The notes beneath the pieces are model-generated. The model saw only the letters and a program-made list of their open reading frames with translations, searched no databases and was not told the origin of the DNA. This document shows positions 53,735 through 64,000 of a stretch of 64,000 nucleotides of DNA, one piece after another. This DNA is from Pseudomonas sp. (GTDB taxonomy: Bacteria > Pseudomonadota > Gammaproteobacteria > Pseudomonadales > Pseudomonadaceae): the NCBI RefSeq assembly GCF_051660785.1, contig NZ_JBOFQE010000012.1:347-64346 (forward strand), given 5' to 3'. A program made the position numbers and the translations under genes. Position 1 is the stretch's first letter; each line of letters begins with the position of its first letter.

Positions 53735-55531
53735 TTAAAGCGCAAACAACTCCGCCGGCAGCTTCATCAGGCAATCGCTGCCCGCTTCAATAGCCGCCCG
53801 ATGAGCGGCCGTGCGCGGGAGCAAACGCTTGAAGTAAAACTCGCTGGTGGCCAGTTTGCCCCGGCAAAAATCGGCATCGCCGCTGCCCGCGTCGAGCTGC
53901 GCCTGAGCCACCAGCGCCATACGCAACCACAGATAGCCGAGGATGATGTAACCGCTGTACATCAAGTAATCCACCGACGCAGCACCTACTTCATCCGGAT
54001 TCTTCATCGCAGCCATGCCGACCTGGGTGGTCAACTCGCCCCACTGCTGATTCAGGCCATTGAGTTGCGCCACATAGCTGCCCAGTTGCGGATGCTCGGC
54101 ATTCGCCGCGCAGAATTTGTGGACGATTTTGGTAAAGCCACGCAGCAGTTTGCCCTGGCTGCCCAGCACTTTGCGCCCGAGCAGATCCAGCGCCTGAATG
54201 CCATTGGTGCCCTCGTAGATCGGCGCGATCCGGCAGTCGCGAACCAACTGTTCCATGCCCCATTCACGGATGAAGCCGTGACCGCCAAACACTTGCATGC
54301 CGTGGTTGGTCACTTCCAGCCCGGTGTCGGTCATGAAGGCTTTGCAGATCGGCGTCAGGAACGCCAGCAGGTCTTCGGCGTCCTGGCGCGCCGTTTCATC
54401 CGGGCTCAGGTGCGCCGCGTCCAGCAGCTGCGCGGTGAAATAGGTCAGCGCGCGGTTGCCTTCGTTGAAGGCTTTCATGGTCAGCAACATCCGGCGCACG
54501 TCAGGATGAACGATGATCGGGTCGGCGGCTTTTTCCGGTGCTTTGGGACCGGTGAGCGAACGCATTTGCAGGCGATCGTTGGCGTACTTGATCGCACCCT
54601 GGAAACTCGCCTCGCCCAGACACAGCCCCTGCATGCCGGTGCCAAGCCGCGCGTGGTTCATCATGGTGAACATGCAGTTCAAGCCCTTGTTCGGCTCGCC
54701 GATCAGGAAGCCCTTGGCCTCGTCGAAGTTCAGCACGCAGGTGGCCGACGCCTTGATGCCCATTTTGTGTTCGATCGAGCCACAGGAAACGCCGTTGCGC
54801 TCGCCGGCTTCACCCTCGGCATCGGGTAGGAATTTGGGAACGATGAACAGGGAAATGCCCTTGGTGCCTGCCGGAGCATCCGGCAGTTTCGCCAACACCA
54901 GATGAATGATGTTGTCGCTCATGTCGTGTTCGCCGGCCGAGATGAAAATCTTGCTGCCGGAAATCGCGTAGCTGCCGTCGGCGGAAGGGACGGCGCGGGT
55001 TTTGATGATGCCCAGGTCCGTGCCGCAATGGGCCTCGGTCAGGCACATGGTGCCGGTCCATTGGCCTGCGGTGAGTTTGCTCAGGTAGGTGTTTTTCTGC
55101 GCTTCGGTGCCGTGGGCGTGGATGGCCGACATCGCACCGTGGGTCAGGCCGGGGTACATGCCCCAGGAGGTATTGCTGGAGCCGACCATTTCACTGATGA
55201 CCAGGCCCAGTGAGCTGGGCAAACCCTGTCCGCCATACGCCGGATCAGCCGCCAGACCATGCCAGCCGCCCTCCACGTATTGTGCGAAGGCTTGCTTGAA
55301 ACCTGTAGGCGTTGTCACCACGCCATTGTCGAAATGGCAGCCTTCTTCGTCGCCGCTGCGATTCAACGGTGCGAGAACGTTCTCGCAGAACTTCGCGCCT
55401 TCTTCGAGGATCGCATTGACCATGTCCGGGCTGGCGTCGGTAGCACCCAGCGCTGCGTAGTTCGTATGGAAGTCGAAGACGTGGTCGATCAGAAAGCGCA
55501 TATCGCGCAGGGGAGCTTTGTACTCGGGCAT
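53735..55531 (-). CDS. Acyl-CoA dehydrogenase (PA0507-like)
   Basis: MPEYKAPLRD start (ATG 55531); MCLTEAHCGTDL; IYEGTNGIQA. Confidence 0.93.
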   Translation of the reverse strand: MPEYKAPLRDMRFLIDHVFDFHTNYAALGATDASPDMVNAILEEGAKFCENVLAPLNRSGDEEGCHFDNGVVTTPTGFKQAFAQYVEGGWHGLAADPAYGGQGLPSSLGLVISEMVGSSNTSWGMYPGLTHGAMSAIHAHGTEAQKNTYLSKLTAGQWTGTMCLTEAHCGTDLGIIKTRAVPSADGSYAISGSKIFISAGEHDMSDNIIHLVLAKLPDAPAGTKGISLFIVPKFLPDAEGEAGERNGVSCGSIEHKMGIKASATCVLNFDEAKGFLIGEPNKGLNCMFTMMNHARLGTGMQGLCLGEASFQGAIKYANDRLQMRSLTGPKAPEKAADPIIVHPDVRRMLLTMKAFNEGNRALTYFTAQLLDAAHLSPDETARQDAEDLLAFLTPICKAFMTDTGLEVTNHGMQVFGGHGFIREWGMEQLVRDCRIAPIYEGTNGIQALDLLGRKVLGSQGKLLRGFTKIVHKFCAANAEHPQLGSYVAQLNGLNQQWGELTTQVGMAAMKNPDEVGAASVDYLMYSGYIILGYLWLRMALVAQAQLDAGSGDADFCRGKLATSEFYFKRLLPRTAAHRAAIEAGSDCLMKLPAELFAL

Positions 55532-55621
55532 GGTCGTTTCTCCGTCAGCAGATTCCTCAAACCTACTGCCGCCCACCCTGCCTCACAATCACAGTCCAGA
55601 CGCTGAATGCGCCATCATCAC

Positions 55622-56911
55622 TCAACCCGCAGCAGCATCCATCCGAACCGCGCCACGACGAGACTGACCGAAAGCCACCACACAATTTCGCCCGGCGCCT
55701 TTGGCGCTATAGAGCGCTTCGTCAGCGGACTTGAGCACCTTTTCGGGGGTTCGCTGCTCCACGCGTTCGGCGACACCGATGCTGACGGTGACCGACACAC
55801 TTGAAGCGCCGGAGCCCGCGCGACGCTGACGCCCCTGTTGATCGTCCTGCGGGCGGGCGTCCTGATTGCGCAATTGGATGTTGTAGGTGGCAATGGACTC
55901 GCGGATGACTTCCAGGTGCGGCATGCACTCTTCGAGGGTCTTGCCCGCGAACACCAGGGCAAATTCCTCACCGCCGTAGCGATATGCCCTACCGCCGCCG
56001 CCGATTTTCGACAGCTTGCTGGCGACCAGTCGCAGGACCTGGTCACCGACATCGTGGCCGTGGGTGTCGTTGAATTTCTTGAAGTGATCGACGTCGCTCA
56101 TGGCCAGCACGTAGTTGCGCCCCAATCGCTGCATCCGCTCGTTCAAGGCGCGGCGCCCCGGCAGGCCGGTGAGCTCGTCGCGGAAGGCCATTTGATAGGC
56201 CTCGTGGGCGACCGCTGCGGCAATCATCAACATCACCTGGCTGCACATGATGTTCAGGGTGAACGGCAGGATGAAGGTTTTCGGCAATGCCCAGAACAAC
56301 CCGAGCAAACCCACCAGTTGTGCAGCGTGCAAAGGTCTGGGGTTGCGCCAGTATTGCCAGCTCAGCAGCAGGAACGAAGCGATGAATACAGGATAGGAAA
56401 GCTGGATCAGGCTCATCCAGGCGCCATGCAGCGCCGGCCAACGGATTTCCGACAGCCACATCAGCAAGGCCTGGGGATAACTTTGCTCCAGCCCCAACGC
56501 GACACTGCCGACGGCCAGCAATACCGCGAAACGCGCCACCATGTCCTGAAACAAATGAGTGCGTTCCTGCCAGGCCGCGAACACGCCGAACAACAGGGGG
56601 AGCAACAGACAGCAGAGATGGAACACCACGGCCGCGTCATCCCTGACTTTGCCGTTGTCGCGGTAATAGTCGGTCTGGGTATCGAGCAGAAAGTAGGCGA
56701 TGTACACCGTCACCATCAGAAACAACTCGCGCTGACGTCGGTAAACCGCGCAATACGCGCCGCCGAGCAACAGCACCAGGGTTGGCAGTACGTTGAACAA
56801 CGAGGTGAAGAAGACGTTGAGTTCCTTGATGTAGGCGGCCGCAAGCCCCGCAAGTAAAAGCAGTAACGACGGTAGGAAATGGCTGAAACGTACAGCGGAA
56901 GAACGCGGCAA
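55622..56911 (-). CDS. Multi-TM diguanylate cyclase
   Basis: About eight hydrophobic segments, then DELTGLPGRR, DVDHFKKFND and RYGGEEF; probable TTG start at 56911 with a GGAG RBS. Confidence 0.88.
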   Translation of the reverse strand: MPRSSAVRFSHFLPSLLLLLAGLAAAYIKELNVFFTSLFNVLPTLVLLLGGAYCAVYRRQRELFLMVTVYIAYFLLDTQTDYYRDNGKVRDDAAVVFHLCCLLLPLLFGVFAAWQERTHLFQDMVARFAVLLAVGSVALGLEQSYPQALLMWLSEIRWPALHGAWMSLIQLSYPVFIASFLLLSWQYWRNPRPLHAAQLVGLLGLFWALPKTFILPFTLNIMCSQVMLMIAAAVAHEAYQMAFRDELTGLPGRRALNERMQRLGRNYVLAMSDVDHFKKFNDTHGHDVGDQVLRLVASKLSKIGGGGRAYRYGGEEFALVFAGKTLEECMPHLEVIRESIATYNIQLRNQDARPQDDQQGRQRRAGSGASSVSVTVSIGVAERVEQRTPEKVLKSADEALYSAKGAGRNCVVAFGQSRRGAVRMDAAAG

Positions 56912-57097
56912 GGGTAAAGCTCCGACCGTCATGACAATAGATGGCATTATGCCCACCTACTGTAACGGCAGAAATGCCGACTTACTGAGTCAATTGTCTG
57001 GTTTTTTTATCGAGTGCTTCGGTGGCTACAGACGGGATGGGCAGAGCCTGAATCTCATCAAAGAGCGCGGGCGACAGCTTTTACTTTTTCCAAGAAC

Positions 57098-57134
57098 AAA
57101 AAAGCCGCTACCCCCGAAGGGATAGCGGCCTTTT
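57098..57134 (-). terminator. Intrinsic terminator after the PA0506-like gene
   Basis: AAAAAAGCCGCTA...TAGCGGC stem. Confidence 0.75.
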
Positions 57135-57152
57135 GAAGAACCGCGTTATGAC

Positions 57153-58958
57153 TTAGTAGCCCAGCGCGAAGTTCTCTTCTTTCATGTCCATCAAGTTGTT
57201 GGCACCCGACAGCATGGTTGCAACGTGAGTGCGGGTACGCGGCAGGATGCGCTGGAAGTAGAAGCGCGCAGTCTGCAGCTTGGCGGTGTAGAACGCCTCT
57301 TCCGAAGTGCCGGCAGCCAGTTTCTCGGCAGCCAGGCGCGCCATGTCAGCCCAGAAGTAGGCCAGGCAGGCGTAACCGGAGTACATCAGGTAGTCCACCG
57401 ACGCCGCGCCGACTTCTTCGCGATCTTTCATGGCCGCCATACCGACCTTCATGGTCAGCTCGCCCCACTCTTTGTTCAGTGCAGCCAGCGGTGCGACGAA
57501 CTCTTGAACGGCTTCGTTACCTTCGTTGGTCTGGCAGAACTTGTGGACGATCTTGGTGAAGCCTTTCAGGGCCTCGCCTTGAGTCATCAACACTTTACGG
57601 CCCAGCAAGTCGAGTGCCTGGATACCGGTGGTGCCTTCGTACAGCATCGAAATACGGCTGTCGCGAACGTTCTGCTCCATGCCCCACTCGGCGATGAAGC
57701 CGTGGCCGCCGTAGATTTGCACGCCGTGGTTGGCGGATTCGAAGCCGACTTCAGTCATGAAGGCTTTGGCGATTGGAGTCATGAAGGCCAGCAGTGCGTC
57801 GGCTTTCTTTTTCTCTTCTTCGTCTACGCCGTATTTGACGATGTCGACTTGCTTGGCGGTGAAGTAAACCATCGCGCGGTTGCCTTCGGCGAACGCCTTC
57901 ATGGTCAACAGCATGCGACGTACGTCAGGGTGCACGATGATCGGGTCAGCGGCTTTTTCCGGCGCTTTCGGGCCAGTCAGCGAGCGCATTTGCAGACGAT
58001 CACGAGCGTACTTCAGGCCGCCCTGGAAGCCGATCTCGGCGTGGGCCAGACCTTGCAGCGCGGTGCCCAGACGTGCGGTGTTCATGAAGGTGAACATGCA
58101 GTTCAGGCCTTTGTTCGCCGGGCCGATCAGGTAACCGGAGGCCGCGTCGAAGTTCATCACGCAGGTGGCGTTACCGTGGATGCCCATCTTGTGTTCCAGG
58201 GAGCCACAGGTCACGGCGTTGCGAGCGCCGATCGAACCGTCAGCGTTCGGCATGAACTTCGGCACGATGAACAGCGAAATGCCTTTGGTGCCCGCCGGTG
58301 CATCCGGCAGACGTGCCAGCACGATGTGGACGATGTTGTCGGCCATGTCATGTTCACCGGCCGAGATGAAGATCTTGGTGCCGGAGACTTTGTAGGAACC
58401 GTCGGCCTGAGGTTCAGCCTTGGTGCGCAGCATGCCCAGATCGGTGCCGCAATGCGGTTCGGTCAGGCACATGGTGCCGGTCCATTCGCCGGAAACCAGC
58501 TTGGTCAGGTAAGCCTCTTGCTGCTCAGGCGTGCCGTGCTCGGAAATGGTGTTCATCGCGCCGTGCGACAGGCCTGGGTACATGCCCCACGACCAGTTGG
58601 CTTCGCCAACCATTTCGCTGACCGCCAGACCCAGAGACTCCGGCAGGCCTTGGCCGCCGTGCTCTACGTCGTGGGCCAGGCTCGGCCAGCCGCCTTCAAC
58701 GAATTGCTTGTAGGCTTCTTTGAAACCAGTCGGGGTTTTAACGCCGGACTCGCTCCAGGTACAGCCTTCGGTGTCACCCACGCGATTCAGCGGAGCCAGC
58801 ACCTGCTCACAAAACTTGGCGCCTTCTTCGAGAATGGCGTCAACCATGTCTGGAGTTGCGTCTGCACAAGCCGGAAGGCTCTGATAGTGCGCTTCGTAGC
58901 CGAGCAGTTCGTCACGAACGAAGCGAATATCACGCAAGGGGGCCTTGTAGTCAGGCAT
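57153..58958 (-). CDS. Acyl-CoA dehydrogenase (PA0506-like)
   Basis: [10 protein letters not shown]; [12 protein letters not shown]; [10 protein letters not shown]. Confidence 0.93.
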   Translation of the reverse strand: MPDYKAPLRDIRFVRDELLGYEAHYQSLPACADATPDMVDAILEEGAKFCEQVLAPLNRVGDTEGCTWSESGVKTPTGFKEAYKQFVEGGWPSLAHDVEHGGQGLPESLGLAVSEMVGEANWSWGMYPGLSHGAMNTISEHGTPEQQEAYLTKLVSGEWTGTMCLTEPHCGTDLGMLRTKAEPQADGSYKVSGTKIFISAGEHDMADNIVHIVLARLPDAPAGTKGISLFIVPKFMPNADGSIGARNAVTCGSLEHKMGIHGNATCVMNFDAASGYLIGPANKGLNCMFTFMNTARLGTALQGLAHAEIGFQGGLKYARDRLQMRSLTGPKAPEKAADPIIVHPDVRRMLLTMKAFAEGNRAMVYFTAKQVDIVKYGVDEEEKKKADALLAFMTPIAKAFMTEVGFESANHGVQIYGGHGFIAEWGMEQNVRDSRISMLYEGTTGIQALDLLGRKVLMTQGEALKGFTKIVHKFCQTNEGNEAVQEFVAPLAALNKEWGELTMKVGMAAMKDREEVGAASVDYLMYSGYACLAYFWADMARLAAEKLAAGTSEEAFYTAKLQTARFYFQRILPRTRTHVATMLSGANNLMDMKEENFALGY

Positions 58959-59019
58959 AGCGATAAACCTCTGCTGATGTAACCGGGAATGAACGACCGT
59001 GTTGATTTGTTGTGACGGT

Positions 59020-59046
59020 CAAACAGTTGTTTGAAACATACGTTTA
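59020..59046. promoter_or_regulatory. PsrA-type operator(s)
   Basis: CAAAC-AGTT-GTTTG (59020-59033) and the overlapping GAAAC-ATAC-GTTTA match the PsrA consensus (G/C)AAAC-N2-4-GTTT(G/C); PsrA is known to repress the PA0506 orthologue. Confidence 0.7.
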
Positions 59047-59186
59047 CGCCCAAATCTTGTCAAGCGCCGATCCTTTGCCATTCGTCATCGCGATACGCAA
59101 ATGCCGGACACGCAGCCGCGCTGCCACCGTTGACAACGCAACAGGCCATGCAGGAAAGATTAGTTGAGGGGGAAGGACTTACGCAC

Positions 59187-59213
59187 AAAAACGCCGCGAA
59201 TATTCGCGGCGTT
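59187..59213 (-). terminator. Intrinsic terminator
   Basis: AACGCCGCGAA-T-ATTCGCGGCGTT with a T-tract on the minus strand. Confidence 0.75.
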
Positions 59214-59237
59214 GGCAGGACGGATTCAACGGGGGGA

Positions 59238-59534
59238 TCAAGCGAAGGTATCGATCAACGTTCCGAGCATTTCATCGGAAGCCTTGGCGACTTTGACGCC
59301 GGCCTCAACCTGAAACTTGCCCTGTGCCATTTCGACCATGTTGCTGGCCAGGTCCGATTGTTGACTGCGGTCTACCGAACGCAGGCGGTCGACTTGTAAC
59401 TCGGAAGACTGGCTAGTCGCCGAACGTTCGATGGTGCTGCTGGCGATCAGGCTTGAAGATTGATCGACACGGTTCTGCCCCGTCTGAATAGTGCTCAGAC
59501 CGGCATAGAAAGCGGTGTTTCCTGAGATTTCCAT
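59238..59534 (-). CDS. Small conserved hypothetical protein with a flagellar basal-body-rod C-terminal-like tail (PA0505-like)
   Basis: Ser/Thr-rich 98 aa ending DLASNMVEMAQGKFQVEAGVKVAKASDEMLGTLIDTFA. Confidence 0.7.
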   Translation of the reverse strand: MEISGNTAFYAGLSTIQTGQNRVDQSSSLIASSTIERSATSQSSELQVDRLRSVDRSQQSDLASNMVEMAQGKFQVEAGVKVAKASDEMLGTLIDTFA

Positions 59535-59642
59535 AGGCGGCACTCGTCCTGCAAAGGATCAATGACGGCCATTGAACCAGACCTGATGGCAAAAGGCCCG
59601 ACAAAAACACTAATGGCACAGTGCCTTGTCATAGGCAAAATC

Positions 59643-60323
59643 TCAATCCAGCAGATCCAGTTGCAGATGTTCCGCCACCGCTTCTGCGGTTATCGATTTG
59701 AGTTTGGGTACTCGTCCAAGACAAGGCGCAGGAATCCGCTCGGCAAGAGTTGCGAGGTTCTCCTCCAGGCGCGAGGTCTTAGGATCGATGATATTGGCCA
59801 CCCACCCCGCCAGCTGCAAACCGTCCTGAGCAATCGCCTCGGCCGTCAGCAGCGCATGATTGATGCAACCCAACCGCACGCCGACCACCAGGATCACCGG
59901 CAGATCCAGCGCCATCGCCAAATCCGAAAGATTGTCCTGATCCGCCAACGGCACGCGCCAGCCTCCCGCCCCTTCAATCAAAGTGAAATCCGCCTGCATG
60001 TCGAGAATCTCGAGCATCGGCGTCAACAGTGATTGCACCGTCAGCGCCACGCCGGCTTCCCGAGCGGCCAGGTGCGGAGCGATCGGCGGTTCGAACGCCA
60101 CCGGATTGACCTGTGCGTAAGTCAAAGGCACCGAGCATTCGGCCAGCAGCGCCAGCGCATCGGAATTGCGCAAGCCCTTGGGCGTCACATCACAACCGGA
60201 TGCGACCGGCTTGCCCGCCGCCGTACTCATGCCCGCCGACCGCGCGGCGTGCAGCAAGCCCGCAGCGATGGTGGTCTTGCCGACATCAGTGTCCGTGCCG
60301 GTGATGAAATAGGCAGCGCTCAT
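59643..60323 (-). CDS. bioD: Dethiobiotin synthase
   Basis: [17 protein letters not shown] and IEGAGGW motifs. Confidence 0.96.
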   Translation of the reverse strand: MSAAYFITGTDTDVGKTTIAAGLLHAARSAGMSTAAGKPVASGCDVTPKGLRNSDALALLAECSVPLTYAQVNPVAFEPPIAPHLAAREAGVALTVQSLLTPMLEILDMQADFTLIEGAGGWRVPLADQDNLSDLAMALDLPVILVVGVRLGCINHALLTAEAIAQDGLQLAGWVANIIDPKTSRLEENLATLAERIPAPCLGRVPKLKSITAEAVAEHLQLDLLD

Positions 60324-61132
60324 ACGGGTTTCTCCAACACGGCGTAGACCACCTGATAAGTCGCCGGCAATCCTTCGACCTGACGAAACTGCTCATAAGC
60401 CTCGATCAAGCCGAGGATCCGCGCCCGGCCGGTCAAACCACCCGGCCGACCAGGGTTCAAGTTGTGCGCGCCCAGCGCTTTGAGTTCATGCGTCAGGCTG
60501 CGCACGTCCGGGTAATGCAGCACATGTGGACGGGTTTGCAGACTGACCACCTTCATGCCACTGGATGCGCACAGCTGTTGATAAACACCCGACTCGCGGA
60601 AGCGATTGACGTGCACCATGCCGTCCACCTGGCGCCAGCTGTCACGCAACTCAAACAACGTCCCTACGCAAAGACTAGCAAACGCGAAAATCCCGCCCGG
60701 TTTCAGTGCCCGATACGCCTCACTGAGCACCGACTCAAAATCCGCGCACCACTGCACCGCCAGGCTGGAGAAGATCAAATCACAGGTCGAATCCTGCAGC
60801 GGCAAACGCTCCGCATCCCCAGCGATGAAATGCGTGGCACCACCCAATGGCTGAGCGTGATTGAGCATGCCTTCGGCGATGTCCATTGCCAGTCCATGAC
60901 CGACAGGAAAGCGTTCGCTCAATGCCCGGCTGAAATGCCCGGTGCCGCAACCCAGGTCCAGCCAGACACCCGGCACAAAATCACCGGGCAAACGGCTTAA
61001 CAACTGGCTGCCAACGTCGCGCTGCAACTCAGCCACGCTGTCGTAGCTCGCCGCTGCGCGGGAAAAGGACGCCGCTACCTGACGCTTGTCCGGCAAACCG
61101 CCGGACAAATTGGGAAAGGATAAATCAGTCAT
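60320..61132 (-). CDS. bioC: Malonyl-ACP O-methyltransferase
   Basis: [13 protein letters not shown] and LDLGCGTG; start trimmed to ATG 61132. Confidence 0.93.
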   Translation of the reverse strand: MTDLSFPNLSGGLPDKRQVAASFSRAAASYDSVAELQRDVGSQLLSRLPGDFVPGVWLDLGCGTGHFSRALSERFPVGHGLAMDIAEGMLNHAQPLGGATHFIAGDAERLPLQDSTCDLIFSSLAVQWCADFESVLSEAYRALKPGGIFAFASLCVGTLFELRDSWRQVDGMVHVNRFRESGVYQQLCASSGMKVVSLQTRPHVLHYPDVRSLTHELKALGAHNLNPGRPGGLTGRARILGLIEAYEQFRQVEGLPATYQVVYAVLEKPV

Positions 61133-61856
61133 CACCGGACTCGTGCAAAAAGGCCTGAATCGCCCCCGCCACACCGTGGGGGTCTTCCAGAAGAAACGCA
61201 TGACTGGCCTGCTCGATCAGGCCGATTTCGACATCAGGCAGCAGCGCCAGCAACTCCCCCGCCGCTTCAGCCGGGACCAGTCCGTCGAGGCCGGCGAACA
61301 AATGCAGTTGCGGACCACGAAATGCCTGCAACGCCTGACGGGTATCCAATTGTGCGAGCACTTCCAGCCCGCTCATCAGCACCGCTTCAGAGGTATGCGG
61401 CGCCCCGCCGAGCAATAACCGCGACAGCCCGCGAGGATCTTCCGAACCTTGGGCGCAAAGGAGTGAAAAGCGCTTCAACGTCATCCGCGGGTCGGCTTTG
61501 CAACCGGCGAGAAACGCATCGAAGGTTTCGCCAGGCATCGCGCTCGGCCATTGCTCATGGGCGACAAAAGAAGGATTGCTGGCCAGGGTCAGCAAGCCGC
61601 AGCAACGATCACCACGACGCGCCGCCAGCTCAGACGCCAGCATGCCGCCGAGGGACCAGCCACCGAGCCAGGTATCTTGCGGGATCGTCGAGTCCAGCTC
61701 ATCGAGCCACTCTTCAAGCTCGCTCGATTGCAGTTCCGGCAACGGCTCAATCTCGACCCGCAGATGCTCATCCAGCCCCTGCAACGCGGCTGCCAAAGGC
61801 TCCAGCGGTGAAATTCCGAGGCCCCAACCGGGCAACAGAATCAGTCGATCACGCAT
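61125..61856 (-). CDS. bioH: Pimeloyl-ACP methyl ester esterase
   Basis: LLPGWG, GWSLGG nucleophile, and D/H triad residues; start trimmed to ATG 61856. Confidence 0.9.
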   Translation of the reverse strand: MRDRLILLPGWGLGISPLEPLAAALQGLDEHLRVEIEPLPELQSSELEEWLDELDSTIPQDTWLGGWSLGGMLASELAARRGDRCCGLLTLASNPSFVAHEQWPSAMPGETFDAFLAGCKADPRMTLKRFSLLCAQGSEDPRGLSRLLLGGAPHTSEAVLMSGLEVLAQLDTRQALQAFRGPQLHLFAGLDGLVPAEAAGELLALLPDVEIGLIEQASHAFLLEDPHGVAGAIQAFLHESGDD

Positions 61857-63027
61857 GGCTCGGCTCCGGTCCAAGTTGTTGGAAACAATCGGCCAGTCCA
61901 TTCAACAATAGCTGCACCTGCGCCTCGCTGTGGGCAGCGGTCAGGGTCACGCGCATACGAGCACTGCCGGCAGGCACGGTCGGCGGACGAATCGCCGTGA
62001 CCATCAGGCCGCGCTCGCGCAGCATCTGTGACAGCCGCACCGCACGCCCGGCATCGCCGATCATGATCGGCTGGATCGGTGTGAAGCTGTCCATCAACTC
62101 CAGGCCAATCTGCTCGGCACCGTGGCGGAACTGGCGGATCAACGTCTTCAGGTGCTCGCGTCGCCAGTGCTCGGTGCGCAGCAACTCGAGGCTTTTCAGC
62201 GTCGCGCAGGCCAAGGCCGGCGGTTGGCTGGTAGTGTAGATGTAGGGGCGGGCAAACTGGATCAGGCTTTCGATCAGTTCTTCGCTACCCGCCACAAAGG
62301 CACCCGCGGTGCCGAACGCCTTGCCAAGGGTGCCGACCAGTACCGGCACGTCTTCCTGACTCAGGCCGAAATGCTCGACGATCCCGCCACCATTGGCGCC
62401 CAACGGACCGAAGCCGTGGGCGTCATCGACCATCAGCCACGCGCCTTTGGCCTTGGCTTCCCGGGCCAGCGCCGGCAGGTCGGCGATATCGCCGTCCATG
62501 CTGAACACGCCGTCGGTGACCACCAGTGTATTACCGGTGGCCTTCTCAAGACGTTTGGCCAGACTGGCCGCATCGTTGTGCAGATAACGATTGAAACGCG
62601 CGCCTGACAACAAACCGGCATCCAGTAACGAAGCATGATTGAGGCGGTCTTCCAGCACCGTATCGCCCTGCCCGATCAACGCGGTGACCGCGCCGAGGTT
62701 GGCCATATAACCGGTGGTGAACAGCAGCGCACGCGGGCGACCGGTCAGGTCGGCCAAGGCTTCTTCCAGCTCATGATGCGGCGTGCTGTGGCCGATGACC
62801 AGGTGCGACGCCCCGCCACCGACGCCCCAGCGGGCAGCGCCAGCGCGCCAGGCTTCGATCACTTGTGGGTGATTGGCCAGGCCCAGGTAGTCATTGTTGC
62901 AGAACGCCAGCAACGGCTGGCCGTCGACCACCACTTCCGGGCCTTGAGGGCTTTCGAGCAGGGGACGCTGGCGGTAGAGGTTTTCGGCACGACGGGCAGC
63001 AAGGCGTGCGGCGAGATCGAAAGACAT
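61849..63027 (-). CDS. bioF: 8-amino-7-oxononanoate synthase
   Basis: [23 protein letters not shown] and GTLGKAFG motifs. Confidence 0.96.
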   Translation of the reverse strand: MSFDLAARLAARRAENLYRQRPLLESPQGPEVVVDGQPLLAFCNNDYLGLANHPQVIEAWRAGAARWGVGGGASHLVIGHSTPHHELEEALADLTGRPRALLFTTGYMANLGAVTALIGQGDTVLEDRLNHASLLDAGLLSGARFNRYLHNDAASLAKRLEKATGNTLVVTDGVFSMDGDIADLPALAREAKAKGAWLMVDDAHGFGPLGANGGGIVEHFGLSQEDVPVLVGTLGKAFGTAGAFVAGSEELIESLIQFARPYIYTTSQPPALACATLKSLELLRTEHWRREHLKTLIRQFRHGAEQIGLELMDSFTPIQPIMIGDAGRAVRLSQMLRERGLMVTAIRPPTVPAGSARMRVTLTAAHSEAQVQLLLNGLADCFQQLGPEPSHA

Positions 63028-63047
63028 GCAGGCCTCAAAGGTCAGAT

Positions 63048-63147
63048 TGTAGGAGCCGGCTTGCTGGCGATAGCATCTCCTCGGTATTCAGACAGACCGC
63101 AGTGATGCCATCGTCGGAACGCCGCCCGCAGCAAGCCGGCTCCTACA
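63048..63147. repeat. REP doublet of a variant class, in the opposite arm arrangement, between bioB and bioF
   Basis: TGTAGGAGCCGGCTTGCTGGCGA ... GCAGCAAGCCGGCTCCTACA. Confidence 0.8.
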
Positions 63148-63161
63148 GGGTTTCGCGATGA

Positions 63162-64000
63162 TCAGACGGCGGCGTTATAGAACTGCTCGCTGCTCTTCTG
63201 CTCAACCAGCGCCTGTTCGATCGCGGCCTGATGCACCTCGTCCGCGTGCTCTTCGCGCGCTTCCGGCAGGATCCCCAGGCGCGAGAACAGTTGCATGTCC
63301 TTGTCGGCCTGCGGGTTGGCGGTGGTCAGCAGTTTGTCGCCGTAGAAAATCGAGTTGGCACCGGCGAAGAACGCCAGGGCCTGCATCTGTTCGTTCATCG
63401 CTTCGCGGCCGGCGGACAGGCGCACGTGGGATTGCGGCATCAGGATGCGCGCGACGGCAAGCATGCGGATGAAGTCGAACGGGTCGATGTCTTCGGCATT
63501 TTCCAGCGGCGTACCGGCGACTTTCACCAGCATGTTGATCGGCACCGACTCCGGATGCTCCGGCAGGTTGGCCAGCTGGATCAGCAGATTGGCGCGGTCA
63601 TCGAGGGACTCGCCCATGCCGAGGATGCCGCCGGAGCAGATCTTCATCCCCGACTCACGCACGTAGGCCAGCGTTTGCAGGCGCTCGCTGTAAGTGCGGG
63701 TGGTGATGATGCTGCCGTAGAACTCAGGCGAGGTATCAAGGTTGTGGTTGTAGTAATCGAGGCCGGCGTCAGCCAGAGCGACGGTCTGGTCCTGGTCCAG
63801 TCGACCCAGGGTCATGCAGGTTTCCAGACCCATGGCTTTCACGCCTTTGACCATTTCCAGCACGTAAGGCATGTCTTTGGCCGACGGGTGTTTCCACGCC
63901 GCGCCCATGCAGAAGCGGGTCGAACCGATGGCCTTGGCGCGAGCAGCCTCTTCGAGGACCTTCTGCACTTCCATCAGTTTTTCTTTTTCCAGGCCAGTGT
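63162..64000 (-). CDS. bioB: Biotin synthase (5' part outside the window)
   Basis: [26 protein letters not shown] and VRLSAGR motifs; the frame is open to the window edge. Confidence 0.96.
   Translation of the reverse strand, partial: TGLEKEKLMEVQKVLEEAARAKAIGSTRFCMGAAWKHPSAKDMPYVLEMVKGVKAMGLETCMTLGRLDQDQTVALADAGLDYYNHNLDTSPEFYGSIITTRTYSERLQTLAYVRESGMKICSGGILGMGESLDDRANLLIQLANLPEHPESVPINMLVKVAGTPLENAEDIDPFDFIRMLAVARILMPQSHVRLSAGREAMNEQMQALAFFAGANSIFYGDKLLTTANPQADKDMQLFSRLGILPEAREEHADEVHQAAIEQALVEQKSSEQFYNAAV

Overview
This is a chromosomal window from a fluorescent Pseudomonas (P. fluorescens complex-like). Most of it is conserved core backbone, in this order: a NarL-type two-component pair (AgtSR-like), a DUF3530-like gene, djlA-like, murU-amgK, lptD-surA-pdxA-rsmA-apaG-apaH-glpE, prkA(yeaG)-yeaH-spoVR, cca, folK-folB, plsY, tsaD, rpsU-dnaG-rpoD, an RmcA-like PAS/GGDEF/EAL gene and tRNA(CAU). 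It continues with a PQQ-dependent dehydrogenase, lrp-davB-davA, pqqF-pqqABCDE with an S9 peptidase, a class-III aminotransferase, a LysR regulator, the sRNA RsmY with its GacA box, three acyl-CoA dehydrogenases around a diguanylate cyclase, and bioDCHF plus partial bioB. Seven REP/REPIN elements are scattered between genes. The one clearly accessory stretch is about 2.9 kb (32313-35206) downstream of the tRNA. It has no integrase and is punctuated by two decayed copies of the tRNA 3' end plus terminator. It carries an unidentified structured RNA-like element, two paralogous coiled-coil + TM microproteins, a C4-type antisense RNA whose target sites flank it and overlap the RBS of a DUF3077-like gene, a DUF2188-like gene and a stand-alone FtsH-type (M41) protease domain. 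All family and gene assignments come from reading motifs and recalled synteny; no database search was run.
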